A stretch of 64,000 nucleotides of DNA from Candidatus Nomurabacteria bacterium (GCA_026395995.1 JAPLXQ010000010.1:2587-66586); one strand, 5' to 3'. Shown: positions 9,245 through 19,374, numbered from the stretch's first letter. Notes: generated from the letters alone by a model not told the origin. Numbers and translations: made by a program.

Positions 9245-10465
9245 ATGCCAAAGAAGACTTGGTTTTTATTTTTAACTATTTTAATAGATATGATCGGTGT
9301 CGGTGTTTTGATACCTGTCATTCCACAATTGCTCGGTGAGCCTAGTTCTCCGGCATTTTTGCTTGGTCCGGGTCAGCAACATCTTGGTTTCATTTTACTT
9401 GGATTTTTAATGGCTGTGTACCCGATAGCTATGTTTTTTGCTTCACCGATACTCGGTAGTCTTTCTGATAAATATGGTCGCCGACCAGTCTTACTCATTT
9501 CAATTTTAGGTACAGCTATAGGATATTTTCTTTTTGCATATGCAATTATGACAAAAAATATCCCATTACTTTTTATTTCTAGAATGTTTGATGGGCTGAC
9601 AGGAGGGAATGTAGCTACAGTCCAAGCTGCTATCGCTGATCAGGTGAAGCTAGAAAATCGCGCCAGAGCTTTTGGTATGATAGGCGCTGCTTTTGGCCTT
9701 GGCTTTATTCTCGGTCCATTTATTGGAGGAAAACTCGCTGATCCGAGCATTGTACCATGGTTCAGTGCTACGATACCATTTATTTTTGCTGGAATTTTGG
9801 CATTGATAAATTTGGCTTCGATTTATTTTTTCTTTTCAGAAACTAATGAACATATCGATAAAGACAGAAAGATTAATTTCTTTGGCGCAATTGGTAACAT
9901 TATGAAAGCAAAAAAGATGGTTGAAATTCGTCATCTTTTAATCGTGTCATTTTTGTTTAATGCTGGTTTTGCATTTTTTACTTCTTTTTTTAATGTCTAT
10001 TTAACCACTAAGTTTAATTTTAGTGTTGGTCAGGTTGGGAACTTTTTTGGCTATGTCGGTGTATGTGTCGTCTTTACTCAGTTAGTAGTAGTGCGTCTTA
10101 TTTCAAAAAAATACGACAATATTTCAATTTTACGTTTTACAATACCGGCCACCGGTGTCGCTTTACTTTTGTATTTATTACCGACGCAGTCATGGTGGAT
10201 TTTTGTGATTGCTTTAATTTTTGCTATTCCAAACGGTCTTCAACAAGCAAATTTTTCTGCCCTTCTTTCTAAACGTATTGATCCTAAAAAAAGAGGGGAG
10301 GTGTTAGGTATTTCGGCTTCTGTAAACTCTGTTGGACAATCATTACCTCCACTTTTAGCTGGTTTAATCGCTGTAGTTTTTGCTCCTTGGACACCGATAT
10401 TTATCGCTGGACTATTTATAATAGCATCTGGACTAGTGTTTCGTTTTACCGAAAAGAAGACTTAA
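9245..10465 (+). CDS. MFS transporter (drug:H+ antiporter-like)
   Basis: 12 predicted TM segments, motif A-like DKYGRRPVLLISILG. Confidence 0.8.
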   Translation: MPKKTWFLFLTILIDMIGVGVLIPVIPQLLGEPSSPAFLLGPGQQHLGFILLGFLMAVYPIAMFFASPILGSLSDKYGRRPVLLISILGTAIGYFLFAYAIMTKNIPLLFISRMFDGLTGGNVATVQAAIADQVKLENRARAFGMIGAAFGLGFILGPFIGGKLADPSIVPWFSATIPFIFAGILALINLASIYFFFSETNEHIDKDRKINFFGAIGNIMKAKKMVEIRHLLIVSFLFNAGFAFFTSFFNVYLTTKFNFSVGQVGNFFGYVGVCVVFTQLVVVRLISKKYDNISILRFTIPATGVALLLYLLPTQSWWIFVIALIFAIPNGLQQANFSALLSKRIDPKKRGEVLGISASVNSVGQSLPPLLAGLIAVVFAPWTPIFIAGLFIIASGLVFRFTEKKT

Positions 10466-10574
10466 AAAATTATACACAGAACCCCTTTTTGATTGATTGA
10501 CAGGTTTTTAAAAAGGAGTACATTTAAAGTAAACAAAGACCTTTTAAATATTTCTAATAATAAATCTGGAAAAC

Positions 10575-10853
10575 ATGAAAAATCTAACAGTAACTTTAAC
10601 GTTCAAACCGTTAAATCGCGGCTGGTTCAAATGTATCCAGACTGGCGAAAAAACAAAAAACTGTGAGAGGTATCGTAGATCACACAGGAATCTTGCAGTC
10701 TCGGCTGTTAAGAATGCTAATAAGATAAAAATGGGTAGTTTCAATCTTTGGAATTGTCCTAGCTGTCGTTACATAAATGACAAAGGTGTTTTAAAAGAAA
10801 ACAACATTTGCACTGTTTGTGGAAAAGTTGTTTATCTTTACACCAACAGATAA
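10575..10853 (+). CDS. Small hypothetical protein with C-terminal zinc-ribbon (CPSC...CTVC)
   Basis: ORF track; Cys pairs. Confidence 0.25.
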   Translation: MKNLTVTLTFKPLNRGWFKCIQTGEKTKNCERYRRSHRNLAVSAVKNANKIKMGSFNLWNCPSCRYINDKGVLKENNICTVCGKVVYLYTNR

Positions 10854-11001
10854 AGAAACTGGCTTTCATTAGCCAAAATTTATGCACCCGCAGCCGGGCT
10901 CTCGCTACCGCTGTAGGACATAGTACGACATAGGTCATAACAAAAGCTTATGTTAAGAAGATGAAAGGTGAAATTCATCTTGTTTGTTTAGTTGGTTAAA
11001 A

Positions 11002-11036
11002 TTTTAAAAGCGCAATCTTTATCGATTGCGCTTTTT
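11002..11036. terminator. Bidirectional hairpin terminator
   Basis: aaaagcgcaatctttatcgattgcgcttttttt between convergent genes. Confidence 0.55.
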
Positions 11037-11070
11037 TTATTTATTATTTGAGTAAGTGAATCCTTGCTAC

Positions 11071-11703
11071 TTATAATACCGTCCTACTTAACTCTTTATT
11101 GATTATTTCACTTAATTTATCTGGAAAAGAATCTAGAAGATAATGTCCTCCATCTAAAACATAATCAGGATTTTTTATTTTATTAAATGGAAAATATTTA
11201 TCCTTTTTACCATGTATTCTAATCAGTCTTTTAGAATTCACATCTTCAGGAAAATAAGAAAAGAATCCAAACAAAAGATTTAGAAAATTCTGACTGGCTT
11301 TATTTATCCTATTTTGAGAAATTTCTCTTGTTTTGGGAGACATAAACATTAAAACAATTTTGCTAAAGAAAAGAACTGTTTTACCTTTTGGTTTTACTAA
11401 AACTAAAAATTTAAACAACCAACCCAACTCTTTTCTTTCTTTTCCACTAGAAATTAAAAAAAATATTTCTGGTTTTTTATATTTAGCTACATGTAATGCT
11501 AAAATACCACCGAGAGAGAAACCAACAAATATTGGATTTTCATCTGTTATTTGTTCAGCTATTTTCTGTAAATACAATTCTTTATCTTCATTTAATTCAA
11601 AATTCGGATAAGTAATTATGATCTTTTTGCCGTCTAATTTTAGAGTGTCTAAATGTTCTGGGCCATTGGCTAAGCCAGGAAATATGTAAATATTTTTTTC
11701 CAT
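11071..11703 (-). CDS. Alpha/beta hydrolase fold esterase
   Basis: GxSxG nucleophile elbow GFSLGG, overall size/fold pattern. Confidence 0.55.
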   Translation of the reverse strand: MEKNIYIFPGLANGPEHLDTLKLDGKKIIITYPNFELNEDKELYLQKIAEQITDENPIFVGFSLGGILALHVAKYKKPEIFFLISSGKERKELGWLFKFLVLVKPKGKTVLFFSKIVLMFMSPKTREISQNRINKASQNFLNLLFGFFSYFPEDVNSKRLIRIHGKKDKYFPFNKIKNPDYVLDGGHYLLDSFPDKLSEIINKELSRTVL

Positions 11704-11732
11704 AAGGTATATTATATCAGACTTACAATACT

Positions 11733-11744
11733 AGCTAGTTACTT
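11733..11744. promoter_or_regulatory. Palindromic 12-mer AACTAGCTAGTT-containing promoter motif upstream of leaderless minus-strand gene (one of four copies)
   Basis: Copies at 11733-11744, 12355-12366, 13269-13280 (variant), 13508-13519; first three followed on the minus strand by TGTAA..TATAAT and ATG within 7-8 nt. Confidence 0.45.
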
Positions 11745-11811
11745 CGCACTTTCTGCGATAGCAAAACATGCGAAGTGATTTACTGATTGTAGTAAGAACG
11801 ATTCTTGCTAC

Positions 11812-12327
11812 TTAAATTAATTTAATAACTTCTTCTAAAAATATTTTATTTTTTATACACCATTCTGATTTATTAAAATCTTCAGGTGCTAACCAAACAC
11901 GCCCATGAGTATCTTCGTTACCGTTAAAATCTTCTTCATTTATAATTTCACAAAGATAGAATAGCATACAGCTTGTGGGGTAGGGATAATTATAATTTTC
12001 TGGTTTTGGACAGGTTATAGTTAAGTTACTGTAACCTGCAAGTCTTTTAATCTTGACTCGAACACCTGTCTCTTCAAAAGCTTCTCTTGTGCAAGCTTCT
12101 TCTGGGCTTTCACCTTGATCAATATGACCACCTGATATATCAAGTATTCGCGTAGGCCTTTCTCCTTTTTTTAAATCAGTCATTAAAAATTTTCCATCTT
12201 TAAATACAAAAGCATAGACCGAGGTAGGTGTTAGATTTTCTGGAATAGTATCAGAAATATAAGTTTCCATAATATTTTCATATTTTATCCAATCTAAATT
12301 TTTACCCGTATAAATTAATTTTTGCAT
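11812..12327 (-). CDS. NUDIX hydrolase
   Basis: Nudix box GGHIDQGESPEEACTREAFEETGV. Confidence 0.7.
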   Translation of the reverse strand: MQKLIYTGKNLDWIKYENIMETYISDTIPENLTPTSVYAFVFKDGKFLMTDLKKGERPTRILDISGGHIDQGESPEEACTREAFEETGVRVKIKRLAGYSNLTITCPKPENYNYPYPTSCMLFYLCEIINEEDFNGNEDTHGRVWLAPEDFNKSEWCIKNKIFLEEVIKLI

Positions 12328-12507
12328 AGGTTTATTATAGCAGATTTACACCACTAGCTAGTTAAATAAATCAAATATTAACCGCTAGCAAGGACTGCCC
12401 TTGCTAGTTAATACCTTGTTATCAGGTACGCCTTTTTTATTTTCTACTGTACAAATTAATACAAAGATGTTATCTTGGATTTAGATAAACTCTTAAAAAT
12501 TTGAATT

Positions 12508-12843
12508 ATGAAAAATGTACAAAAACAAACTGAGCTGAGCTTGGAGCAATTATTAAATTTTTTGAAACATCCAAACAGTCACACACTTCCGAGCTGTATG
12601 CTGGTGAACGAAGTAGGAGCTGTTTGTATTCTGGGGGAGGACAAAGATAAACAAGGTGAAAATTACCTGTTATCACTTTTGGAAGATGAGGATATTAACC
12701 ATCGCGCAATTGCATTTTGTTGCCTATCAACCAACAAAGAGATATCTGATAGAAATAAAGTTGCCTTACTTAAGTTTCGATCAGAACCAAAAAACAAAGA
12801 ACTGATGCCTTCTATTGATGAAACATTGAGTGAGTACATATAA
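12508..12843 (+). CDS. Hypothetical protein
   Basis: ORF track; terminator hairpin 12858-12900. Confidence 0.3.
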   Translation: MKNVQKQTELSLEQLLNFLKHPNSHTLPSCMLVNEVGAVCILGEDKDKQGENYLLSLLEDEDINHRAIAFCCLSTNKEISDRNKVALLKFRSEPKNKELMPSIDETLSEYI

Positions 12844-13517
12844 ATAATTTTTTGCCTAAAAAGCAAAACAGGATAACTATTAGTTATCCTGTTTTTTTGT
12901 TACTGTAATGACATGCAAGACCTGTCAGATTTAGTGCTTTTGTAGCAAGAACCGTTCTTGCTAGTTTTAAAGCTATTGTATTTTTATAACTACTTATGTT
13001 ATAATACAAGTACTGAAAGGCAGAAAATCGGAGTGCTGCCGGCCCATGTGGCTATGGAGGGAATTTCCGTCCTCCCAGAGAAAAACACCCGCAAGGGTGT
13101 TTTTCATTATCTATTTGAGAAGTTTAGCGAGTTTTGACAGTAGTGGAGAAAGTAAAAATACGGCGAGAAAAGACAAAACTGTGTCGAAAATAGTAAAATC
13201 AAAAAAGCGAAAGTGTCTCAAATATTCCAAGGTAATCATATGTTACAGTATAGCAGACTTGTACCACTAGCTAGAACGGTTCTAGTTAGTTAGTTGTATG
13301 ATAAGTAATATAATTCCAAAAATCACCAAAGCACTGATAAGAAATATAAAAAATCTCTTATTATTTATATCATCTTTTACAAAGTTACTATTTGGAAAAA
13401 TTTTTCGCAATAATGTGAAGAAAAACATATATTTATAATAGCAATATACTCATAAAATATCAAATTATGTCGCTAATAGAGAAGTAATAACTATAGCGGA
13501 TTTCTATGACTAGCTAG

Positions 13518-14360
13518 TTATTGTCTTTTTAAGACAGAATCAATTCTTTCTTTACTTTCTTTGTAAGTTTTTTCAATTTCTTCTTCTAAAATTACTTCTT
13601 CAAGTTTACCGCCCTCTTTATCTTTTTCAGTAATAGTTCTTTTTGAAATCATAGCCATAAACAAAACTAAAAATGGTTTTTTCTTTAAAAGCTCTCTTGT
13701 AATACCGTAAATTTCTTTATTTTCTTTAATAAGTTCCTCAGCAAATTTTCTTGCTGTAACAAACTTTTCTTCTAGCTTTATTGTACTTTCTATAAACCAA
13801 CCTGCTGGTAATAATTTATTAATAAATGAGTATTTATATCCATTATAACTATCCATAACAGTTTCGGTACTTTCATTAAATTTTTCTAATTCAGTAAAAA
13901 AACCAAAAAGCTGATTAACTAAATCAATGTTTGATAATTCTAAAAGAACAGATTTGTCGTATATTAAAGGTTTAATTTTATTCGTACATATTAAGGCTTG
14001 ATTTGTATCTTTTGTTTCTTTTATAGTATCTAAAAATGAATCAATAACGAAAATCTTTTGATGGAGTGAGCCAAGAATCCTATTAGCATCATGTTCTATT
14101 TTTACTAAAGCATTATAATGAAGAACCTGTCTTTGGTATATTTTTTCAAAAATTGTCTCAATTCTAATAAATAAAAAAGCAAAAAAAGCCCCTGCAAAAG
14201 AAGTAGCAATAGTAATTCCGACATCGCCATTATGAATACTAGAGACAAAAGCTTTTATAACAAGGATAAAAACTAAAATTATAAAAACTAGTACTAAGAA
14301 AGTCCCCCAACCATAATAAGTTTTCATGAAATTTTTAGCTTGTTTAATATTTAATTTCAT
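13518..14360 (-). CDS. Hypothetical membrane protein (two N-terminal TM helices)
   Basis: ORF track, hydrophobic N-terminus. Confidence 0.4.
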   Translation of the reverse strand: MKLNIKQAKNFMKTYYGWGTFLVLVFIILVFILVIKAFVSSIHNGDVGITIATSFAGAFFAFLFIRIETIFEKIYQRQVLHYNALVKIEHDANRILGSLHQKIFVIDSFLDTIKETKDTNQALICTNKIKPLIYDKSVLLELSNIDLVNQLFGFFTELEKFNESTETVMDSYNGYKYSFINKLLPAGWFIESTIKLEEKFVTARKFAEELIKENKEIYGITRELLKKKPFLVLFMAMISKRTITEKDKEGGKLEEVILEEEIEKTYKESKERIDSVLKRQ

Positions 14361-14363
14361 ATT

Positions 14364-15014
14364 TTATTCATACCTTGGAGCTTCTTCGACAATACCAGCG
14401 ACGTGGTTTGAGGCGCGGGCGAAGGCGTAGAGGACGGATGAGAGGCGGTTTAGGTATGCGAGGGTTTGGGGGTTGACGGATTTTTCCCCTCCTTGTGGAG
14501 GAGGGGTGTCTCGGTAATCCGAGACGGGGTGGTGATTCTGGTTTTGATTTTCGGGGGTGGCGATTCTATTTTTCTGCTCTTCCGCGACGCCGACTACTCG
14601 GCGTTCGGCACGGCGGGCGATAGTGCGAGCGATGTCGCAAAGAGATGCGAGCTCTGTACCACCAGACACGAAGAAAGTTTTAATCGGTGGAAGCATTTTT
14701 TCAATGCCGTCGATAATTTCTTCGAGCCATTTTACTTTTTCTTCTACAATTGTTTTATCTGCACCGGCGAGTTCGGCCTGAATTATAAAAAGGTCTTGCT
14801 GAATTCTATCGATAGTTTCAGCAAGTTTTATTTCTCCAGTATCCAAAGTAAAAGCCACCTTTAAAGTGGCGGCTTTTACTTTTACCAAACCTAGAAAAGA
14901 ATTTATTTCATCCATCGAGCCGAGAGCTTCGGCTATCGCACTACTTTTTGATATACGTTGATCGCATCCAAAAGTTTTAGTTGTTCCATTGTCTCCTTTT
15001 CTGGTATATAGCAT
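14364..15014 (-). CDS. PduO-type ATP:cob(I)alamin adenosyltransferase with GC-rich in-frame insertion
   Basis: MLYTRKGDNGTT N-terminus typical of PduO/MMAB family; conserved RRAER and YLNRLS blocks flank inserted segment (~14468-14585). Confidence 0.8.
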   Translation of the reverse strand: MLYTRKGDNGTTKTFGCDQRISKSSAIAEALGSMDEINSFLGLVKVKAATLKVAFTLDTGEIKLAETIDRIQQDLFIIQAELAGADKTIVEEKVKWLEEIIDGIEKMLPPIKTFFVSGGTELASLCDIARTIARRAERRVVGVAEEQKNRIATPENQNQNHHPVSDYRDTPPPQGGEKSVNPQTLAYLNRLSSVLYAFARASNHVAGIVEEAPRYE

Positions 15015-15021
15015 TTTATTT

Positions 15022-17304
15022 TTATATTTCGCAAAGTCCTCCTACGCAAGCGAGTTCTTTCTTTACTTCTGTTTCATCTTCTCTTTCATAAGTTACGATC
15101 TTTGAGAAATCAATTTCACCGAGTCTTTCTTTCATTTCTTCATATTTCTCTTTTGTAATTTCTTCATAAGGGGCTAGCTGGTACACATGGTTTGAACGAG
15201 GTAAGAAGGAGAGACCTCCGACTATTTCCCAATTCTCATAAATCCAATGAGCCACTTTGAGCCATTCATCTTCTCCGACAGAGATTGTCACAGAAGGATT
15301 GTGTTCAGTGTAGTGATTCTTTACTACTTTCCAGTGTTCGAGCTGAGCAATAGCATCGACATCATCTTTACAGATAGCACCGTCTGGAGCCTTGATAGGG
15401 AATTCTAAGACATAAGTAGTAGCATCATCGAGTGTTTGTCCGACTTCAGGGAAATGAGGTACTCCTTGGTCACGTAGCATTTTGAAAAGAGAATCAGTTG
15501 CAGCGATACGAACACGGCGTATATAATATGGAGCATGGCGAGTATGCATTCCAGAAGAACAGTCGACAGTTTGAGAAGTGTTTCCAGATGGTTTCACACA
15601 AGTCACACATGTAGATGAATTGATTCCAAATTTCTCTGCATATTTTTTATTTATTTTAATAGCTTCGTTTTTTAATTTCTCTAACATTTTCGGATCACGT
15701 ACTAGTGCACAATCCCATTGTCCTGTGATTGAAACACCGAGTAATCTTTCTTTTTCACAATTCTTTTTCCATTCCTTAGAAAGGTAAGGGAAGTATGTGA
15801 GGGTAGATTGATATGTACCTAGGATTGTAGCGACACGAATTTTTCTTAAAAGACTCTCTTCTGTATCTTCAGCTCGAGCGACGACTTCTGAAAGGTTACA
15901 GAATTGTTTTGATTGAAGAATAATTTCTCCACAAGGATTTGTACCCCAGGCTGGGTAGATACCACCTTTGAATTGATCAAGTCGGCGTTTTGGTAAAGTA
16001 TTTGCTAATCCTCCACGATTGAAAATACCTCGTTCTCCTGATCCAGACTTCATCAAAGCTATCCATTCATCAAGGAATTCTGTTGAGCTTGGTTTTGTAG
16101 TGTATACAGCAGAATTGTTTGCGAGCATTCTTTGTCCTTCGTTTAGATAAAATTGTCCTTTTTTAGAATCACGAATAGCTTCATCGTCTAAATCAGAAAG
16201 GGAAATCATCGCACTACGACGTACACCTCCAGCCACGACACATTCACCGATTTTACAGATAATATCATGAGCGTCCATGTTTGAAAGGTGACGTCCTTGT
16301 CGGCGAAGAATTCTTTCACGTGAAAATGCTAAAAGTTCTTTGATTGGTGCAGGACCAGAACTCTTGCCACCCATAGTCTTTAAACGGGCACCAGCTGGGC
16401 GTAATTGAGAGAAATCAAAGTTTATGTCTCCACCTTCAAACCAAGTCTTTAAACCTAAAGAGAAAGCGTCTGCCCATCCTTCTTTACTGTCAGCAATGAC
16501 ATGGGTGACAGCTTTTTTGTTTGTTTGTTTTTGGATTTGTGGAAGAGCTTGAATATTCTCACTTTCTACAGACCATCCGACACCAGTACCACACATTGAG
16601 ATATACATTATCTCGGCAAAGTCTTGGAAAGTTCTAGGGGCGATGAAAGAACAGTTGTAAGCACAGACATTGGTACGACGAGCAGCTTTACCTGCAAATT
16701 GTAAAAGACGCATTGAAGGCAAGGCTTCTTGCTTGAGCATCGTCTCTCTTACTTCTTTGTATTCAGCATCAGTCAAACTTCCATTGACATTGTCGCGCAT
16801 AAAATCGACATATCGATCGACAGTCTCAATCCAGGTCTCACGACGGTCTTGTTCTGGTATCCATTTTGCATAAGTACGATAATACACGAGTTCTGCTAGG
16901 GAATTACGGAAATATTTCTTACTTTCAGTGAAAAGTTCTTTCACATCCTCTGGCACAGTACCGACTTTTTCACGAACTAAAGAACGCTCTTGTCTGTAAA
17001 GGATATATCCTTTGGCAGTATTCAAAAAATCTGAATTTATGAGTTCGTTTTCAACGATATCTTGTATCGTTTCAACTGTCGGAATGAAATTTTTGATCTT
17101 ATTCTCTTTTTGAACCAAAAGAAGCTTGTCCATCACCCCGTACATGACTTTTTCTGCATGTTTTTCGTCGCCTTCTTTGACAGATTGCATTGCTCGGAAA
17201 ATAGCACGCGTAATATGTTTACTATCAAAAGGCACAATCATACCATCTCTCTTTTGAATCTTTTGAAGGGAAGCATATTTTTTTAAGTTCATATCTTTTT
17301 TCAT
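15022..17304 (-). CDS. nrdJ: Ribonucleotide reductase, class II (adenosylcobalamin-dependent) with N-terminal ATP-cone
   Basis: ATP-cone start, active-site NPCGEI motif, size 760 aa, adjacency to cobalamin adenosyltransferase. Confidence 0.85.
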   Translation of the reverse strand: MKKDMNLKKYASLQKIQKRDGMIVPFDSKHITRAIFRAMQSVKEGDEKHAEKVMYGVMDKLLLVQKENKIKNFIPTVETIQDIVENELINSDFLNTAKGYILYRQERSLVREKVGTVPEDVKELFTESKKYFRNSLAELVYYRTYAKWIPEQDRRETWIETVDRYVDFMRDNVNGSLTDAEYKEVRETMLKQEALPSMRLLQFAGKAARRTNVCAYNCSFIAPRTFQDFAEIMYISMCGTGVGWSVESENIQALPQIQKQTNKKAVTHVIADSKEGWADAFSLGLKTWFEGGDINFDFSQLRPAGARLKTMGGKSSGPAPIKELLAFSRERILRRQGRHLSNMDAHDIICKIGECVVAGGVRRSAMISLSDLDDEAIRDSKKGQFYLNEGQRMLANNSAVYTTKPSSTEFLDEWIALMKSGSGERGIFNRGGLANTLPKRRLDQFKGGIYPAWGTNPCGEIILQSKQFCNLSEVVARAEDTEESLLRKIRVATILGTYQSTLTYFPYLSKEWKKNCEKERLLGVSITGQWDCALVRDPKMLEKLKNEAIKINKKYAEKFGINSSTCVTCVKPSGNTSQTVDCSSGMHTRHAPYYIRRVRIAATDSLFKMLRDQGVPHFPEVGQTLDDATTYVLEFPIKAPDGAICKDDVDAIAQLEHWKVVKNHYTEHNPSVTISVGEDEWLKVAHWIYENWEIVGGLSFLPRSNHVYQLAPYEEITKEKYEEMKERLGEIDFSKIVTYEREDETEVKKELACVGGLCEI

Positions 17305-17464
17305 ATTTTTAATTTTTTTAATAAAATAATAATAATAAGTTACAAAAATTTCATAACCATAAGATTAGTATACTACCAAAAAAAATATTTAGAAAATTGG
17401 GGATAACTAGAACATCTTTTCAAAAAATAGGAATACTTTTTAGCCTATTTTTATTCAAAAAAAA

Positions 17465-18172
17465 TTAATTTTGATTTAAAACTAAATTTAGAAAAGTTTC
17501 GAGTTCTTTGCCTTCGATTTTTCGAACAGTATTATCTTTTACTGCTCCGAGTTTGATATTCATTATTCTGATACGTTTCAAATCAGCTACTTCTTGGAAT
17601 AGAGCACTACACATTCGGCGAATTTGATGTTTTTTTCCTTCAGTCAGGGTTATTTTGAAAGCAGAATCGTCGACAATTTTGACGCTACACTTTTTTGTAA
17701 TATAGTCTTCAATATTCACCCCAGATTCCATTTTCTCTTTGAAGCTAGTGCGCAATTTATTCAATGTTTTAACAACATATTCTTTTTCATGAACATATTT
17801 TGGGTTTAAAAGCTTATCTGTGATTCGGCCGTCGTTTGTCAGGATAATAAGCCCATGACTGGCTTTGTCGAGTCGTCCAATAGGGAAGACGTCATTCGGT
17901 AGATTTTTACCTTTAATATTGTCGAGAATACCTTTTTCTTCTTCCATTGGAGAATGAGTCACTGTACCGATTGGCTTATTGTAAGCATAGTAAACATAAG
18001 ATTTTGAAATCTCATTTTTATTGCCTTTTAATTCAATCTTATCTGTCTCTTCTACTTGGTCTCCGAGTTTAGCTTTTTTCCCATTAATAAAAACTAAACC
18101 TTTTTGAATTAGTTCATCTGCCCCTCTTCTAGTAGAGAAATTATGTAAGGCTAAATATTTATTTATTCGCAT
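17465..18172 (-). CDS. Pseudouridine synthase, RsuA/RluB family (S4 domain + catalytic domain)
   Basis: INKYLALHNFSTRRGADELIQKG S4 domain; catalytic PIGRLDKASHGLIILTNDG; upstream ORF extension overlaps tRNA so start set at MRINKY. Confidence 0.75.
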   Translation of the reverse strand: MRINKYLALHNFSTRRGADELIQKGLVFINGKKAKLGDQVEETDKIELKGNKNEISKSYVYYAYNKPIGTVTHSPMEEEKGILDNIKGKNLPNDVFPIGRLDKASHGLIILTNDGRITDKLLNPKYVHEKEYVVKTLNKLRTSFKEKMESGVNIEDYITKKCSVKIVDDSAFKITLTEGKKHQIRRMCSALFQEVADLKRIRIMNIKLGAVKDNTVRKIEGKELETFLNLVLNQN

Positions 18173-18173
18173 G

Positions 18174-18245
18174 TGCTCTCGGTAGGAATCGAACCTACAT
18201 CGCAACTTCCGCAAAGTTGCGTCCTATCCATTGAACGACGAGAGC
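18174..18245 (-). tRNA. tRNA-Arg (anticodon GCG by manual folding)
   Basis: Cloverleaf: acceptor GCTCTCG/CGAGAGC, D-loop TTCAATGGATAG, anticodon stem CAACT/AGTTG loop TTGCGGA, T-arm GTAGGTTCGATTCCTAC. Confidence 0.55.
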
Positions 18246-18296
18246 AATTCTAATAGATTAGCATTTTTTAGTAAAAAGTCCAGTCAAGGAAAAAAA

Positions 18297-18752
18297 TTAC
18301 AAATCTAATCTTTCGAGCACTTTTTCAGAAAAATGTTCTTTCATTTCTTCTTCGGGGACATTGTTTGCTAGAAATATTTCTTTTACTTCATCTCTAGAGA
18401 CGTCGTGTAAATAGGTGACGATAATTGGCATAAAAATTCTGTTGGTTTTTATGAAAAGGGCAGGGTTGTGATCATCTCGAACAAAGAAAGATTTAATATC
18501 TTTATATAAATATAATTGGTTTTTTATTTTAAAGCCTGTTTCTTCTAAATCATAGGTGATGAGTTCTGGTTTTCTGGTAGCAAAGAATCCTAAAGAGATT
18601 CCTCCGAGTACCAGAAGAATAGCAAAAAAATAATCATTTAAAATGATAGCAGTAATACTACCAGCTACGATAATAATACCAAGAGCCCAAAACCAATCTC
18701 GACTTCTTTCTTTTTCTTCATACTCCCAAGCAGACCAAGATATTTTTTGCAT
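18297..18752 (-). CDS. Hypothetical membrane protein
   Basis: ORF track. Confidence 0.35.
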   Translation of the reverse strand: MQKISWSAWEYEEKERSRDWFWALGIIIVAGSITAIILNDYFFAILLVLGGISLGFFATRKPELITYDLEETGFKIKNQLYLYKDIKSFFVRDDHNPALFIKTNRIFMPIIVTYLHDVSRDEVKEIFLANNVPEEEMKEHFSEKVLERLDL

Positions 18753-18804
18753 ATAGTAATTGTATCAAATGCAAATTTTTTAAACAATAAAAATACTTTA
18801 TTTA

Positions 18805-19374
18805 TTAGTGAATATGATCGCAAGTTTCTTTTTTACCATCTTTTCTGAGTTCTTCTATTAAATGGTGAATCAAATCACCAATCAATAGAAAGATAAAAAG
18901 ACCAATTATTTTATCTAAATTTTCTGCACTTGTAATAAGGCCAGTCACACTAGCTCCTAATAATAAACCGACAATCCAGACACCAGAGACTGACAAGATA
19001 CAAGCCAAAATTTTCCAATTCTTTTTTATCTCAGTAAAAGGTACGAGTAATTCCCATAACAATAAGAATAAGACTGGTTGACGGACTATCTCATGGAGTA
19101 AAACAGGAATAATGTTACCACTCCAATTTAACCCATCGATAGCACTGTGAGCTAAGTTGAATAATATAAAAATACCCAAAGTTAAAATGAAGCCTTTATT
19201 TTTTGAGTGAAAGTGACAAGTCAGCTCTCCAAAAAGATATCCAATGAAAATTAGAATAAAAATGAATATAAAATTACCACCGACTTCATTTCTTTGAACA
19301 GAAGTAATCAGTGTGATGACAATTGCTGTGATAATAGCAATGATATTAAAATATTTACGATTTATGATATTCAT
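18805..19374 (-). CDS. Hypothetical polytopic membrane protein
   Basis: ORF track, multiple hydrophobic segments. Confidence 0.4.
   Translation of the reverse strand: MNIINRKYFNIIAIITAIVITLITSVQRNEVGGNFIFIFILIFIGYLFGELTCHFHSKNKGFILTLGIFILFNLAHSAIDGLNWSGNIIPVLLHEIVRQPVLFLLLWELLVPFTEIKKNWKILACILSVSGVWIVGLLLGASVTGLITSAENLDKIIGLFIFLLIGDLIHHLIEELRKDGKKETCDHIH

Noticed and set aside
10860-10950. GC-richer intergenic segment as a possible ncRNA
   Set aside because: It has only short hairpins, no promoter or terminator pairing, and no recognisable family signature.
14466-14864. Plus-strand ORFs of 132 aa and 74 aa
   Set aside because: They are antisense to the PduO-type adenosyltransferase. The long open frame is created by the GC-rich insertion.
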